A DNA stretch of 64,000 nucleotides from an uncultured Planctomycetota bacterium (GTDB lineage: Bacteria; Planctomycetota; Phycisphaerae; Sedimentisphaerales; UBA12454). Positions 1-9,160 of the stretch are shown here, piece by piece. The DNA is taken from NCBI GenBank assembly GCA_903847315.1, contig CAINDG010000047.1, positions 15,109 to 79,108 on the forward strand, in the 5' to 3' direction. The notes under the pieces were generated by a model that was not told the origin of the DNA, searched no databases, and saw nothing but the letters and a program-made list of their open reading frames with translations. The position numbers and the translations under genes are program-made. The first letter of the stretch is position 1. Each line of letters begins with the position of its first letter.

Positions 1-115
1 CATCAAGCAGTGACGTCTCAACAGGCGAAATAATCCCGACAAGGTCTGATACATCTTCCGCCAGTTCAGGCAAGTTTGTCCCTGCCGAGTATGTTGCTTT
101 TCCTGTAAAAGCCAT
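1..115 (-). CDS. phage major capsid protein, N-terminal fragment (continues left of window)
   Basis: ATG at 115-113 preceded by AAGGAG. Translates MAFTGKATYSAGTNLPELAEDVSDLVGIISPVETSLLD, resembling the AED.SD..I..ISP.ET N-terminus of HK97-fold capsid proteins. Lies directly downstream of the scaffold gene. Confidence 0.55.
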   Translation of the reverse strand, partial: MAFTGKATYSAGTNLPELAEDVSDLVGIISPVETSLLD

Positions 116-145
116 TGTTATTCTCCTTTAAAATTACAAAATTCG

Positions 146-661
146 TTATACAAAGTTTCTTCTTACCCGCAGATACTCCTGCAGGTCCGCCCTTGAGCCG
201 CTATTTGCGGCCTTTTTAGCCGCCCGCTCAAGAGTTCCTGTTGCACCCGACAACCTGTCTTTGACTCCGTTTGTCTTTGTACTTACTGCCGCAGCCGCGC
301 CGCCGTCGGAAAACAAATAGCTTTTTTCTTTTCTCAACTGCTCAACAACATCTGCTGCGGTAGCTTTTGTGTCGCCTTCGAGCCTGCTTCTACCGATAAT
401 CACCGCAGCTTCCAAATCTCTCACGCCTGCCGAAACAAGTTTTTCTATCAACTGTCGTTCAACCGTCATTTGTGAAAGATTTTTATTCAGTCTTTCAACT
501 TCAGCCTGTCTTTCGGCAAGAGTCTGTTCAAGAACTGTTTTCTTCTGCTCGGCAATCTGTGCCCTTTTGCGGTAGCGAATAGCCTCGCTTACATCCACAA
601 GTTTTCCACTGGGCTGTTCTTGTTCTTCTGAACCGTTAACTTCTGTGTCAATCTGACTCAT
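146..661 (-). CDS. phage scaffolding-like protein
   Basis: 171 aa, acidic N-terminus and a long predicted coiled coil (AEQKKTVLEQTLAERQAEVERLNKNL). Sits between the portal and capsid genes, 9 nt after the portal stop. Confidence 0.5.
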   Translation of the reverse strand: MSQIDTEVNGSEEQEQPSGKLVDVSEAIRYRKRAQIAEQKKTVLEQTLAERQAEVERLNKNLSQMTVERQLIEKLVSAGVRDLEAAVIIGRSRLEGDTKATAADVVEQLRKEKSYLFSDGGAAAAVSTKTNGVKDRLSGATGTLERAAKKAANSGSRADLQEYLRVRRNFV

Positions 662-670
662 TAATTTCTC

Positions 671-2200
671 CTATGTATTTATTTCATAACCAAGTTCCCG
701 CAGCACCTGTTCTTTTGGTACTCCGAGTTCCTGCTTCAATTTTGCTTCATTAAGTTTGTTCAGCGTATCTTCCGGCAATGGGCTTGGAAAAATAACATCG
801 AACACTCTTTCCTCTTTTGAATTGGGATAAATATTCGCAGCATCCAGCAGGTGCATCGCCATCGCGGCTATTTCTTTAAGACCCTGACCGTATGCGTAAT
901 GTTTCCGCTCGGTTTTTGCCAGCGTACCCATCAGCGTCATCCGCAGCGCGACAGCGCTGGTTAAATTTCCGAGTTTATTTTTCAGCACTCCCGCAACTAC
1001 AGGTGTAACGCCGCTTGTCTTGTCTAATGCTTCTCTTATCTCCGCAATATGCGAATCTTCGCTCGGCGTTGTCGAATCGCCGCCGAACTGTTCGATACTC
1101 GCGTCAGGATTATCCGTGCACCACATCCTGCCCGGCGAAACCGCCCTGTTCTCAACGCCCTCAATGCCCTTGGCAAGATACATCTTAAAAGCCTGGAACG
1201 TTATCCTGCTCGCCCTGTCGCTAAGCCGCGTATTCAGCTCATCCTGCAACGGCACCAAAGGCTCAACATCGCTTATCCCCTCGTAATACAACGGCTGCGC
1301 GATATTCTGAATATGCACGACAGGCACAATGCCCATAATATTACGTCCTTCCTCGACAAGCCGTTTCTCCTCGTATCTTTGCCAGAAGTCAGGCGATATT
1401 ATCTCTGTAACCGCACTTGTCTGCCTTGCTCCGCTGCCGCTTTTGCCGCCGAGCAGTCTGCGCAGGAAGTTTCCTTCATTTGCGACATCATTTTTCTGCT
1501 CGATGAAATGCTGAATGTAGAAATTGATTTTCCGAAAATCTCTTTCATCGAGGACGGGCAGTGCTCTTGGGGCTTCTATCAGTTCCAGACCGCAGTCCGA
1601 AACAAACTCCATCGCTTGCTTAAAGGAGGCATTAGAAGAAGATGACAAATTCTGCGCAAAGTCGGCGATTTTCTGCCCCGGCCGGATAATACAATCCACA
1701 AAACCATAGACAGCCCCGAGCACTGCCATATCCTGAAAGAACCTCACCCCGCCGTTGGCATTAAATATCTGTTTTATAATCTTATCTATTTCAGCGCGTC
1801 TGCTTTTATCTTCCGCCCTGCTGACGATATCAACGCCTTTGCCGAACAGAAAATCCACCATAGCGTTGACTCGCCAGCCGATATCGTTTTCAACGACAAC
1901 TTCTTTGCGTTCGATATCAGCGACAGCCTTGCCGCCCAATAGGCCGCTGACCTGACTGCGCTTTATTCCTGTAATTCTTGCCGGCAGTCCCATCTCCTGC
2001 GCCTGTATGTAGGTTCGCGCGGATTCATTTAGTTTTGAATCAGCGGCAGATAAGCCTGTCGTTGAATACATCGGATTCTGGTAGTAATCCCAAAGTCTGC
2101 CGAAGTGGGTCTGCATATTGACCCATTGCTCATCGACAAGCCAATCGACAAAATCAGGATTAAGACTATCCGTCTCGAAATTTGTAAAATCAAATGGCAT
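671..2200 (-). CDS. phage portal protein
   Basis: About 509 aa ORF immediately upstream of scaffold and capsid. Portal-like size and synteny. The ORF-track start at 2215 is TTG; the ATG at 2200 (MPFDF) has GGAGA 8 nt upstream. Confidence 0.6.
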   Translation of the reverse strand: MPFDFTNFETDSLNPDFVDWLVDEQWVNMQTHFGRLWDYYQNPMYSTTGLSAADSKLNESARTYIQAQEMGLPARITGIKRSQVSGLLGGKAVADIERKEVVVENDIGWRVNAMVDFLFGKGVDIVSRAEDKSRRAEIDKIIKQIFNANGGVRFFQDMAVLGAVYGFVDCIIRPGQKIADFAQNLSSSSNASFKQAMEFVSDCGLELIEAPRALPVLDERDFRKINFYIQHFIEQKNDVANEGNFLRRLLGGKSGSGARQTSAVTEIISPDFWQRYEEKRLVEEGRNIMGIVPVVHIQNIAQPLYYEGISDVEPLVPLQDELNTRLSDRASRITFQAFKMYLAKGIEGVENRAVSPGRMWCTDNPDASIEQFGGDSTTPSEDSHIAEIREALDKTSGVTPVVAGVLKNKLGNLTSAVALRMTLMGTLAKTERKHYAYGQGLKEIAAMAMHLLDAANIYPNSKEERVFDVIFPSPLPEDTLNKLNEAKLKQELGVPKEQVLRELGYEINT

Positions 2201-2411
2201 TAAATTTCTCCACAATTTTGATTTCTTATTTTTGATTTTATATTGCCCTCTACCCTTACTGAGAACTTGCGCGCTTTTTACGAAAATTTGTCAAAAATTT
2301 TTAGCTTTTTTTCATAACCCCTTGTCAAATAAGGATGCAAATTTTTTCATTTCAGCCAAAAGCGCAAGAAAAAAATTGCGCGTTTGGCAAAAAAAAATCA
2401 GGAATAACAGA

Positions 2412-2439
2412 TTGATTTACTCTGGAACTATCTTATAAT
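2412..2439 (+). promoter_or_regulatory. sigma70-like promoter for the ferritin-like gene
   Basis: TTGATT (2412-2417), 16 nt spacer, TATAAT (2434-2439), 27 nt upstream of the ATG at 2467. Confidence 0.45.
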
Positions 2440-2466
2440 ATTTGAAATATTTTTTGAGGTGTTCAG

Positions 2467-2922
2467 ATGGAAAACTTCAGTCTCGTCGATGATATCCTGG
2501 ATTTTGCGATTGATAATGAAATCAAGGCTTACAAGTTTTATACCGACCTTGCCGCAAAGATGAAAAATCCCGAAATGAAAAAAGTCTTTCTCGATTTTGC
2601 CGCTGAGGAGCAGAATCACAAGAAACTGCTGGAAGATACCAAAAAGGAAAAAACAGTTAATCTTAGCGGCGAACAAATCGCTGATTTAAAAATAGCTGAA
2701 TTCACCGTCGTGGTCGAGCCGACTGTCGATATGGATTACCAGGCCGCTCTTATCCTTGCTATGCAGAAAGAAAAAGAGTCCTTTCAGCTATATAACAGTA
2801 TCGCCAATCTTGTCACAAACGCGGCGAATAAACAGCTTTTCCAGTTTCTCGCCCAGCAGGAAGCAAAACATAAGCTCCGCTTTGAGCTTGAATATGATGA
2901 AGTAATTTTAAAAGAAGATTAA
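2467..2922 (+). CDS. ferritin-like / rubrerythrin-family diiron protein
   Basis: Two E..H-type helices (AAEEQNHKKLLE and AQQEAKHKLRFE) and EIKAYKFYTDLA, typical of the rubrerythrin-like four-helix bundle. Confidence 0.75.
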   Translation: MENFSLVDDILDFAIDNEIKAYKFYTDLAAKMKNPEMKKVFLDFAAEEQNHKKLLEDTKKEKTVNLSGEQIADLKIAEFTVVVEPTVDMDYQAALILAMQKEKESFQLYNSIANLVTNAANKQLFQFLAQQEAKHKLRFELEYDEVILKED

Positions 2923-2933
2923 TTTTTTTCTCT

Positions 2934-3869
2934 GTGAACTCTGTGGCTGAACAATCAAAATTAATTCTCTGGCTCGAAGAATTACGCGCTCCTTTCTGCA
3001 CCGCAAGCGCATTTCCCGTAATTATCGGCACCGCTCTTGCATATTCGCATACAGGGCAATTCAACATAACTCTTTGCCTGCTCGCTATTTGCGCAACAGT
3101 GGCGATTCACCTTGGCGCAAATATCGCAAACGATTATTTCGACCACATTTCCGGCAATGACACGCACAACGACAACAAAACGCCTTTCTCAGGCGGAAGC
3201 AGAATGATTCAAAACAATCTGCTAAGTCCCAAAGAAATCCTGACAGGCTCGTTAATATTTTTAACAATCGGCGCAGTTTTGGGAATTGCAATACTGATAA
3301 TGACAAAAAGTCTGCTTGTGCTTGCACTGGGCATCATCGGCATACTTGGCGGTTTTTTTTACACCGCCCCGCCTTTGAAACTTGGCTACCGAACCGCAGG
3401 CGAAATTACAATAGGATTTCTGTTCGGCATCCTGCCTGTTTATGGCGCATATTATATACAAACAAGTGTGTTTGATTTTGTTCCTCTTTTGCCGGCCCTT
3501 ATCGTTTCAATCCTTATATTCCTTGTAATATTCGCAAATGAGTTTCCAGATTTTGCGGCTGATAGTGCTGTCAATAAAAAAACTCTTGTCGTAACGCTCG
3601 GCGTGAAAAATGCCGCGATTCTTTACAAATCAATACTCGCAGCGCTCTGTGCGCTATCCATTATTTATGCGATTGCCTACTTGAATATTTTTGCTTCAGT
3701 AATTCTGCTGATATTTATTATTTTTATCAGTGTATTAAGTTTCAAAAACGCTGATGCGGAGAAATTATCTCAGAAAGGCTATACGGCGTTGAGCAAATCA
3801 ACGATTTTGCTGCATGCTATCGGCTGTATCGCACTTATCGCGGCAATACTACTTTCCAGGCCTGTTTAG
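2934..3869 (+). CDS. UbiA-family prenyltransferase (MenA-like)
   Basis: Polytopic membrane protein with an NIANDYFDH aspartate-rich motif and a MenA-like N-terminus. GTG start. Confidence 0.7.
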   Translation: MNSVAEQSKLILWLEELRAPFCTASAFPVIIGTALAYSHTGQFNITLCLLAICATVAIHLGANIANDYFDHISGNDTHNDNKTPFSGGSRMIQNNLLSPKEILTGSLIFLTIGAVLGIAILIMTKSLLVLALGIIGILGGFFYTAPPLKLGYRTAGEITIGFLFGILPVYGAYYIQTSVFDFVPLLPALIVSILIFLVIFANEFPDFAADSAVNKKTLVVTLGVKNAAILYKSILAALCALSIIYAIAYLNIFASVILLIFIIFISVLSFKNADAEKLSQKGYTALSKSTILLHAIGCIALIAAILLSRPV

Positions 3870-4105
3870 GACATTGACAGTGTATTCCTGCCGGTCTCTC
3901 GTCTATTCTTCGCGATAACCCTTAAAAAACAGCCATAAAACTCCCATAATTTTATTCCCTAACTCTATTTACCAAAAACACTTATGCCTTAAACGATTAC
4001 TTTGGTATAAAGCAGCCCAGTCTGATAAAATGTCAGAGGCGTTTTTGTGTTGAAATATTCCTATCTTATCTTAGTATAATTTCTATTTAATAAAGGCTCA
4101 ATTCG

Positions 4106-5485
4106 ATGTACAAAAAAACTTTTCTATCGGTAATTAGTGTAGTAAGTCTGTTTTTCATCTGCGGCTGCAATGCTCCCAGAGAGCAACTGCTCGCCTTTAA
4201 CAAAACTTTCGAGGCGTCAGATTTTAATTCAGCTGCGACGTTCGCGGAAAAAAATATCAAAAGCAGAAAAGACCCTTCAGGTGAAGACCTGCTCTGGACA
4301 CTTCAGGCCGCCGCCGCGAAAAGAGCATTGCAGGATTATGCCTGCAGTACAAAACATTTTGACAAAGCCGAGGAGTTTCTCAAATTCTACGACCTTCGAT
4401 GGGCTCCCGCAGATGAATTTGGCGCCATCGCCGTTAACGACAATGTTGTTCCTTATAAAGGTCAGGAATACGACGGCGTAATGACAAACGTGTATAAGGC
4501 CTTGAATTTCCTGTCCGAGGGCAAACCTGACCTGGCAAGGGTCGAATTCAACAGGGCTCTCGACAGGCAGAGAAGAACGAAAGAAAAATTTGAAAAGGAA
4601 ATCAGCCAGGCAAAAGAGCAGATTGGAAAAACACAATACGGCAACCTGATAAATTCAACTCTGTCTGACCCGAAAATGACGCAAACACTGCAAAATAAGT
4701 ATCCGGAGCTTTACGAATATCAGGCTTACAGGGATTATGCCAATCCTTTTGTGACTTATCTTGCCGCTGTGTATTTTAACGGTATCGGCGAACCTTCAGC
4801 CGCCAGAGATTTGCTGAAAGAAACCTGCGGCCTTGTTCCTGAAAATCAATTTCTCGCTAAGGAATTTGAAGAGACGGAAAAAATCATCGCCGCCAATGGA
4901 ACTTTCAAAAATACCGTATGGGTCGTCTTTGAAAACGGACTTGGGCCGGTCAAGGAGGAGTTCAGAATCGACCTGCCGCTTTTTGTGGCTACCAATCGTG
5001 TATTTTACGCCGGGATGGCGCTGCCGAAACTTAAATACAGAGACGATGCGTTTCCTTATCTGCTAATCGAATCCGATGGAAACAAATGCAGCACTTCGGT
5101 TGTCGGCGATATGGACAGGGTAATACACAGCGAGTTTAAAAAAGATTTTGATGCTGCCTTAGTAAGAGCGGTAATTTCAACAACCGTAAAAGTCGCTGCA
5201 CAATATGTTCTTACAAGCCAGGATTCCGCCGCGGCTAATATCGCTTCTATTATGATAGCCGCTTATTCGCTCGCGACCAACGCCGCGGACGTCAGAATCT
5301 GGACATCGCTGCCGAAGAACTTCCAATTCGCGAAATTGACCAGACCACAAAGCAAAATGCTGAAAATTACCCCTCCCGATTCCGTGCCATTTGACATTAC
5401 GCTGCCGGATGGCGATAATGTACTGGTATATATTAAAATTGTACAAAGAAACTCGAAACCAGTTTATAATGTTATTCCTTTGTGA
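4106..5485 (+). CDS. lipoprotein, COG3014-like (first gene of the lipoprotein operon)
   Basis: Signal peptide with lipobox FFICGC. 459 aa, TPR-like N-terminal part. Precedes YcfL/LpoB/CsgG-like genes, as in conserved clusters. Confidence 0.45.
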   Translation: MYKKTFLSVISVVSLFFICGCNAPREQLLAFNKTFEASDFNSAATFAEKNIKSRKDPSGEDLLWTLQAAAAKRALQDYACSTKHFDKAEEFLKFYDLRWAPADEFGAIAVNDNVVPYKGQEYDGVMTNVYKALNFLSEGKPDLARVEFNRALDRQRRTKEKFEKEISQAKEQIGKTQYGNLINSTLSDPKMTQTLQNKYPELYEYQAYRDYANPFVTYLAAVYFNGIGEPSAARDLLKETCGLVPENQFLAKEFEETEKIIAANGTFKNTVWVVFENGLGPVKEEFRIDLPLFVATNRVFYAGMALPKLKYRDDAFPYLLIESDGNKCSTSVVGDMDRVIHSEFKKDFDAALVRAVISTTVKVAAQYVLTSQDSAAANIASIMIAAYSLATNAADVRIWTSLPKNFQFAKLTRPQSKMLKITPPDSVPFDITLPDGDNVLVYIKIVQRNSKPVYNVIPL

Positions 5486-5508
5486 AACATATTTAAGGAG
5501 AAACAAAT

Positions 5509-5949
5509 ATGAAAAAGTGTTTTCTTTTGTTATTCTTCGCGGCGTCAATCGTAATCCTCAACGGCTGCAAAGAATATGAAGACAAGCGGGTCAGCCTCGA
5601 CACCGGAGTCAAAAGCGACAATCTCGCAAACAACACCCTGACCCGGCCGGTATATGGCGCGTTCAGTTTATTGGCGGGACATGGAATTGACCTGAAAGAT
5701 GTAAAAGTCGTTACAAACGACGCCGGCTTTATGGAAATTCAGGTAACAGGTTACAACCGGGCCGTATATACGAAACTATTTGATTACAAAGTAGATTGGT
5801 TCGACAAAAACGGCCTTGCGGTCGATGCAAAAGCAAGCGTCTGGACGCATATTTCCGCAAAATCAAGAACCAATTTCAGTTTCAAAGCCGTTGCTCCGAC
5901 AAAAGATGTTGTTGATTTCAAAATGAATACAAGAAAAACCCCTGAATAA
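5509..5949 (+). CDS. YcfL-like lipoprotein (DUF1425)
   Basis: Lipobox ILNGC. About 146 aa beta-rich protein (VTGYNRAVYTKLFDYKVDWFDKNG) matching the YcfL-family pattern. Sits just upstream of the LpoB-like gene. Confidence 0.55.
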   Translation: MKKCFLLLFFAASIVILNGCKEYEDKRVSLDTGVKSDNLANNTLTRPVYGAFSLLAGHGIDLKDVKVVTNDAGFMEIQVTGYNRAVYTKLFDYKVDWFDKNGLAVDAKASVWTHISAKSRTNFSFKAVAPTKDVVDFKMNTRKTPE

Positions 5950-5964
5950 AGAAAGGATAAAAAA

Positions 5965-6573
5965 ATGAAAAAACTGGCAATACTGTTTATATCATTGTTT
6001 GTAGTCGGTTGTGAAGAGGTACAAAGAGTCGATACCACCAACGATACCGGCAAACAGGTTATGTCGCTTGACTATAGAGATTTCGATGAAGCGGCAAGTC
6101 AGATGATTCAATCGCTTTTAGGCTCCGGCGTACTGGCTAAAAAGGACGGCAGCAGGTATGTCGTCGCTACAAGCAAAGTCACCAATGACACTATGCAGAG
6201 AATTGACACCGACCAGCTCACCGCTAAAATTGAGGAAGACCTGATGAATAGCGGACAGATAGTTATGACATCCGCTGTCGGCGGCAAGGAAAGCAACCGT
6301 GATGAAACCGTTTATACTGTCAGAGACGTCCGCGATTCCTCAAAGGGCGAGGAATTCAAGCAGGAAACCATGCCGCAAAAAGGCCAAATTGTTTCTCCTG
6401 AATTAAGTGTTTCCGGAAAAATCTTCCAGAGAAATCTCCGCTATGATAAGGATAAACAGCAGGTTGAATATTACTTCGAGTTAAAGCTTACAGATATAAA
6501 GACAGGTCTTAGATTCTGGCAGAAAGAAGTCCTTATCGGCAAACGCGGCAGTAATAAAACCGTTTCCTGGTAA
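5965..6573 (+). CDS. LpoB-like penicillin-binding-protein activator family lipoprotein (COG3417)
   Basis: Lipobox LFVVGC. DYRDFDEAASQMIQSLL....VVATSKVTNDT...ID resembles the LpoB/YcfM fold signature. Confidence 0.6.
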   Translation: MKKLAILFISLFVVGCEEVQRVDTTNDTGKQVMSLDYRDFDEAASQMIQSLLGSGVLAKKDGSRYVVATSKVTNDTMQRIDTDQLTAKIEEDLMNSGQIVMTSAVGGKESNRDETVYTVRDVRDSSKGEEFKQETMPQKGQIVSPELSVSGKIFQRNLRYDKDKQQVEYYFELKLTDIKTGLRFWQKEVLIGKRGSNKTVSW

Positions 6574-6604
6574 TATTAACAAAACAGTTTAGGGACAAAT
6601 AAAA

Positions 6605-7915
6605 ATGAAAAAGACAATAATATCATTATTGGTTCTTCTGTTTTCCTCACAGGTTTGGGCTGAGGAAAAAGTGATAATCCAGGAAGGCAAAGGAATCGCC
6701 TCGACAAGACAGGAAGCCATAAAAAAAGCTATTTTTGAAGCCGTCGCCAAGGCAAAAGGAATAAGTGTCGGCTCAGGCGAATATGAATACAGTTATGATT
6801 CCGCTTCCGCAGATATTGACAGAAAGGGTTCAGGCAAAGAAATAGGCTTTGACGCCGTTTCCATACGAACCAAAGGCTCAACGGCAGAAATGCAAATCGG
6901 TGCCTTTGTGAAAACTTATGAGGTTCTTGAAGAGAAAAAAACAGATGCCAACTCTTATGAAGTGAAACTCAAAGTCTGGATATACGACTATCAGCCGCCG
7001 GATAAAAACAACAGATTAAAAATAGCCGTAATGACGCCGACAACTTTGAACAGGGAATATACTTTCGGCAATATCAACCTCAGCGACGGCGAGATTCAGC
7101 AGAAAATTACACATATATTAAATACCAAACTGACGGCAACTAATAAATTCGCCATTCTCGACAGACACTACATCGATAAGATTATGCAGGAAAAAGGCCT
7201 GATTTGGCACGGCGACGCCTCTCTTGAAGAAAAGGCAAAACTTGGAAATCTTTTAGGCGCTGACTATATCCTTGTTTCCACAGTTACCGAGGCGCAGCTT
7301 ACCGTAAAAGAAAAATATCTCGAAGCGATAGGGCAAAAAACCTATGAGCACGAGGCGAAGTTCAAAATGGATTATTCCCTTATCGGCGCAGCGACAAGCC
7401 AAATCAAATTTTCAGACTCCGTAAATTTGTGGCTCGAGTATGATAAAGATGTACGAAAACTTGTTCCACACTGGCAGGATGACAAAATCGATTACCGGGT
7501 ACTTGCCGATGAATTGATTAAATCGGTGACGAGCCCGATAGTTGACAAAATTACAGGCGGTCTCTACCCAGCCAGAATAGCCAAAATCCTGCCCCAAGGC
7601 CAAATTGTTATAAACAAAGGCGGAAAAGATATTGCTGAGTCGGATATTTACGATGTCTTAAAGGAAGGCACGGAGCTTTTCGATTATGACACAAAAGAAT
7701 CGCTCGGAAAAATAGAGGAACCGATTGCCGTGATAAGAATCGTAAAGGTTATGTCCAATTTTTCCTATGCCGTCATAGTGCAGGGCGACGCTTCCAAGCT
7801 GTCTGAAGGATTGATTTGCAGAAAGCAGGGCCAGGAATCTCAAATGCCGATAGAGCAGCAAAGCGATACGAAAGTTACGCCCAGCGGCGGAGTTAAAATG
7901 CCGTTTGACAAATGA
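6605..7915 (+). CDS. CsgG-family protein with N-terminal LPP20/FlgP-like region
   Basis: Signal peptide. N-terminal ASTRQEAIKKAIFEAVAKAKGISV is LPP20-like. The central part LKIAVMTP...KFAILDRHYIDKIMQEKGL...LGADYILVSTVTEAQ is a CsgG-like pattern. Confidence 0.55.
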   Translation: MKKTIISLLVLLFSSQVWAEEKVIIQEGKGIASTRQEAIKKAIFEAVAKAKGISVGSGEYEYSYDSASADIDRKGSGKEIGFDAVSIRTKGSTAEMQIGAFVKTYEVLEEKKTDANSYEVKLKVWIYDYQPPDKNNRLKIAVMTPTTLNREYTFGNINLSDGEIQQKITHILNTKLTATNKFAILDRHYIDKIMQEKGLIWHGDASLEEKAKLGNLLGADYILVSTVTEAQLTVKEKYLEAIGQKTYEHEAKFKMDYSLIGAATSQIKFSDSVNLWLEYDKDVRKLVPHWQDDKIDYRVLADELIKSVTSPIVDKITGGLYPARIAKILPQGQIVINKGGKDIAESDIYDVLKEGTELFDYDTKESLGKIEEPIAVIRIVKVMSNFSYAVIVQGDASKLSEGLICRKQGQESQMPIEQQSDTKVTPSGGVKMPFDK

Positions 7916-9155
7916 TTTTTGATGCACCGCAAAGTATGCTGATTTTCGCGTCTTTGCGGTGTTTTTTTATCGCCGCTTTCAGCGCAGTATCAGGACTTGC
8001 CGCCAGTTGAAAACCCATCGCGGCAATATCTTTTTCTGAAATGCCTTTAGTTACAAAAATAACCTCGCAGTTTTGAAGGATTTCATTGCCCATCCACAGA
8101 TTTGCCGCTACAACCCTGCTTAATTTGCCATCGGTGACAAGGTTTTTTATCTGTTCATACCCCGTCTTATAACCGATCTGAATTATTTCGGGATGTTGAG
8201 AGCTGACTCCTTCCGGACAAGGCGTTATAAATATTAACGTCCCACCTTTTTTCACCGCAAAGTGAGCTGAGTACAGCGCCTTTAGCGACTGCCAGAAATC
8301 GATATCCGCCGGATATGAATCGGCGATAACAATATCCGCTTTTTGCACCTTAACAACATACAAACCTGCGGCAAAATCGCACGCCGACCGATGAGCCTTA
8401 ATCGGGTCGCCCGCAAAGGCGCCTGCGATTTTACTGTCCGCCGCCGGTACTTCATTGAGAATAAATTTCAGCCCGCTCTTTACTGCAACATCGTTTACAA
8501 GATGTCTTACCTTATTATCGTAAACGCCGAATCTCTGATTTGAAGGTATTGTATGACTGAGCCAGTGCATTTGGCCGATTGTCTGTTCGTCTGAACAGCC
8601 GGGATTAATTATTTTCCCGCCGCCGCCGAAACCGGCGTACATATGCGGTACTGTCTGGCCAAGCCCGATTACAAAATCAGCGTCGAGCACAGTTTTGTGT
8701 ATTTTGATTTCAAAACCATCCGAACTTTTGCCAACAGAGCGGTAATCACTGCCTATTTTCCAGTCGGGATTTATTATTTGATAATTTTCCACCGCCTCTT
8801 TTGTGTATTTGAGCTTTATTTCACGGTCGGTCATCTGCCGGTGAGTACCCATCGCGATAAAAATTGAAATGTCCTTACTGCTTATCTTTGCCAAAGCGAG
8901 CTGTTTTAAAACCAGCGGCAGCATAAGCTCCGTTCTCGTCGAACGAGTAATATCGTCAACTGCTATGACTATTTTCATACCGGCTTTTACAATTTTTTCC
9001 AGTCGGTCTGTACCTATTGGGTTTGCGATCGCTTTTTCGAGAATTACACTCTCATCCTCCCGCTGCGGACATTCGACAGGCTTGTAGATTGCCGCAAGAT
9101 TATCCTGGGACACTTCAACCGAAGGAAAATCCTCGTATGGAAATTTGTGCAGCAT
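7893..9155 (-). CDS. LarA-like nickel-dependent racemase family protein (DUF2088)
   Basis: AIANPIGT, VIAVDDITR, AMGTHRQMT and GFGGGGKIINPG motifs typical of lactate racemase homologs. The 3' end overlaps the convergent gene by 23 nt. Confidence 0.75.
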   Translation of the reverse strand: MLHKFPYEDFPSVEVSQDNLAAIYKPVECPQREDESVILEKAIANPIGTDRLEKIVKAGMKIVIAVDDITRSTRTELMLPLVLKQLALAKISSKDISIFIAMGTHRQMTDREIKLKYTKEAVENYQIINPDWKIGSDYRSVGKSSDGFEIKIHKTVLDADFVIGLGQTVPHMYAGFGGGGKIINPGCSDEQTIGQMHWLSHTIPSNQRFGVYDNKVRHLVNDVAVKSGLKFILNEVPAADSKIAGAFAGDPIKAHRSACDFAAGLYVVKVQKADIVIADSYPADIDFWQSLKALYSAHFAVKKGGTLIFITPCPEGVSSQHPEIIQIGYKTGYEQIKNLVTDGKLSRVVAANLWMGNEILQNCEVIFVTKGISEKDIAAMGFQLAASPDTALKAAIKKHRKDAKISILCGASKIICQTAF

Positions 9156-9160
9156 AAAAA

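Noticed and set aside
7893-7915. The 23-nt overlap of the convergent CsgG-like and LarA-like genes as a regulatory antisense feature.
   Set aside because: Short convergent 3' overlaps are common and no additional structure is evident. There is not enough to call.
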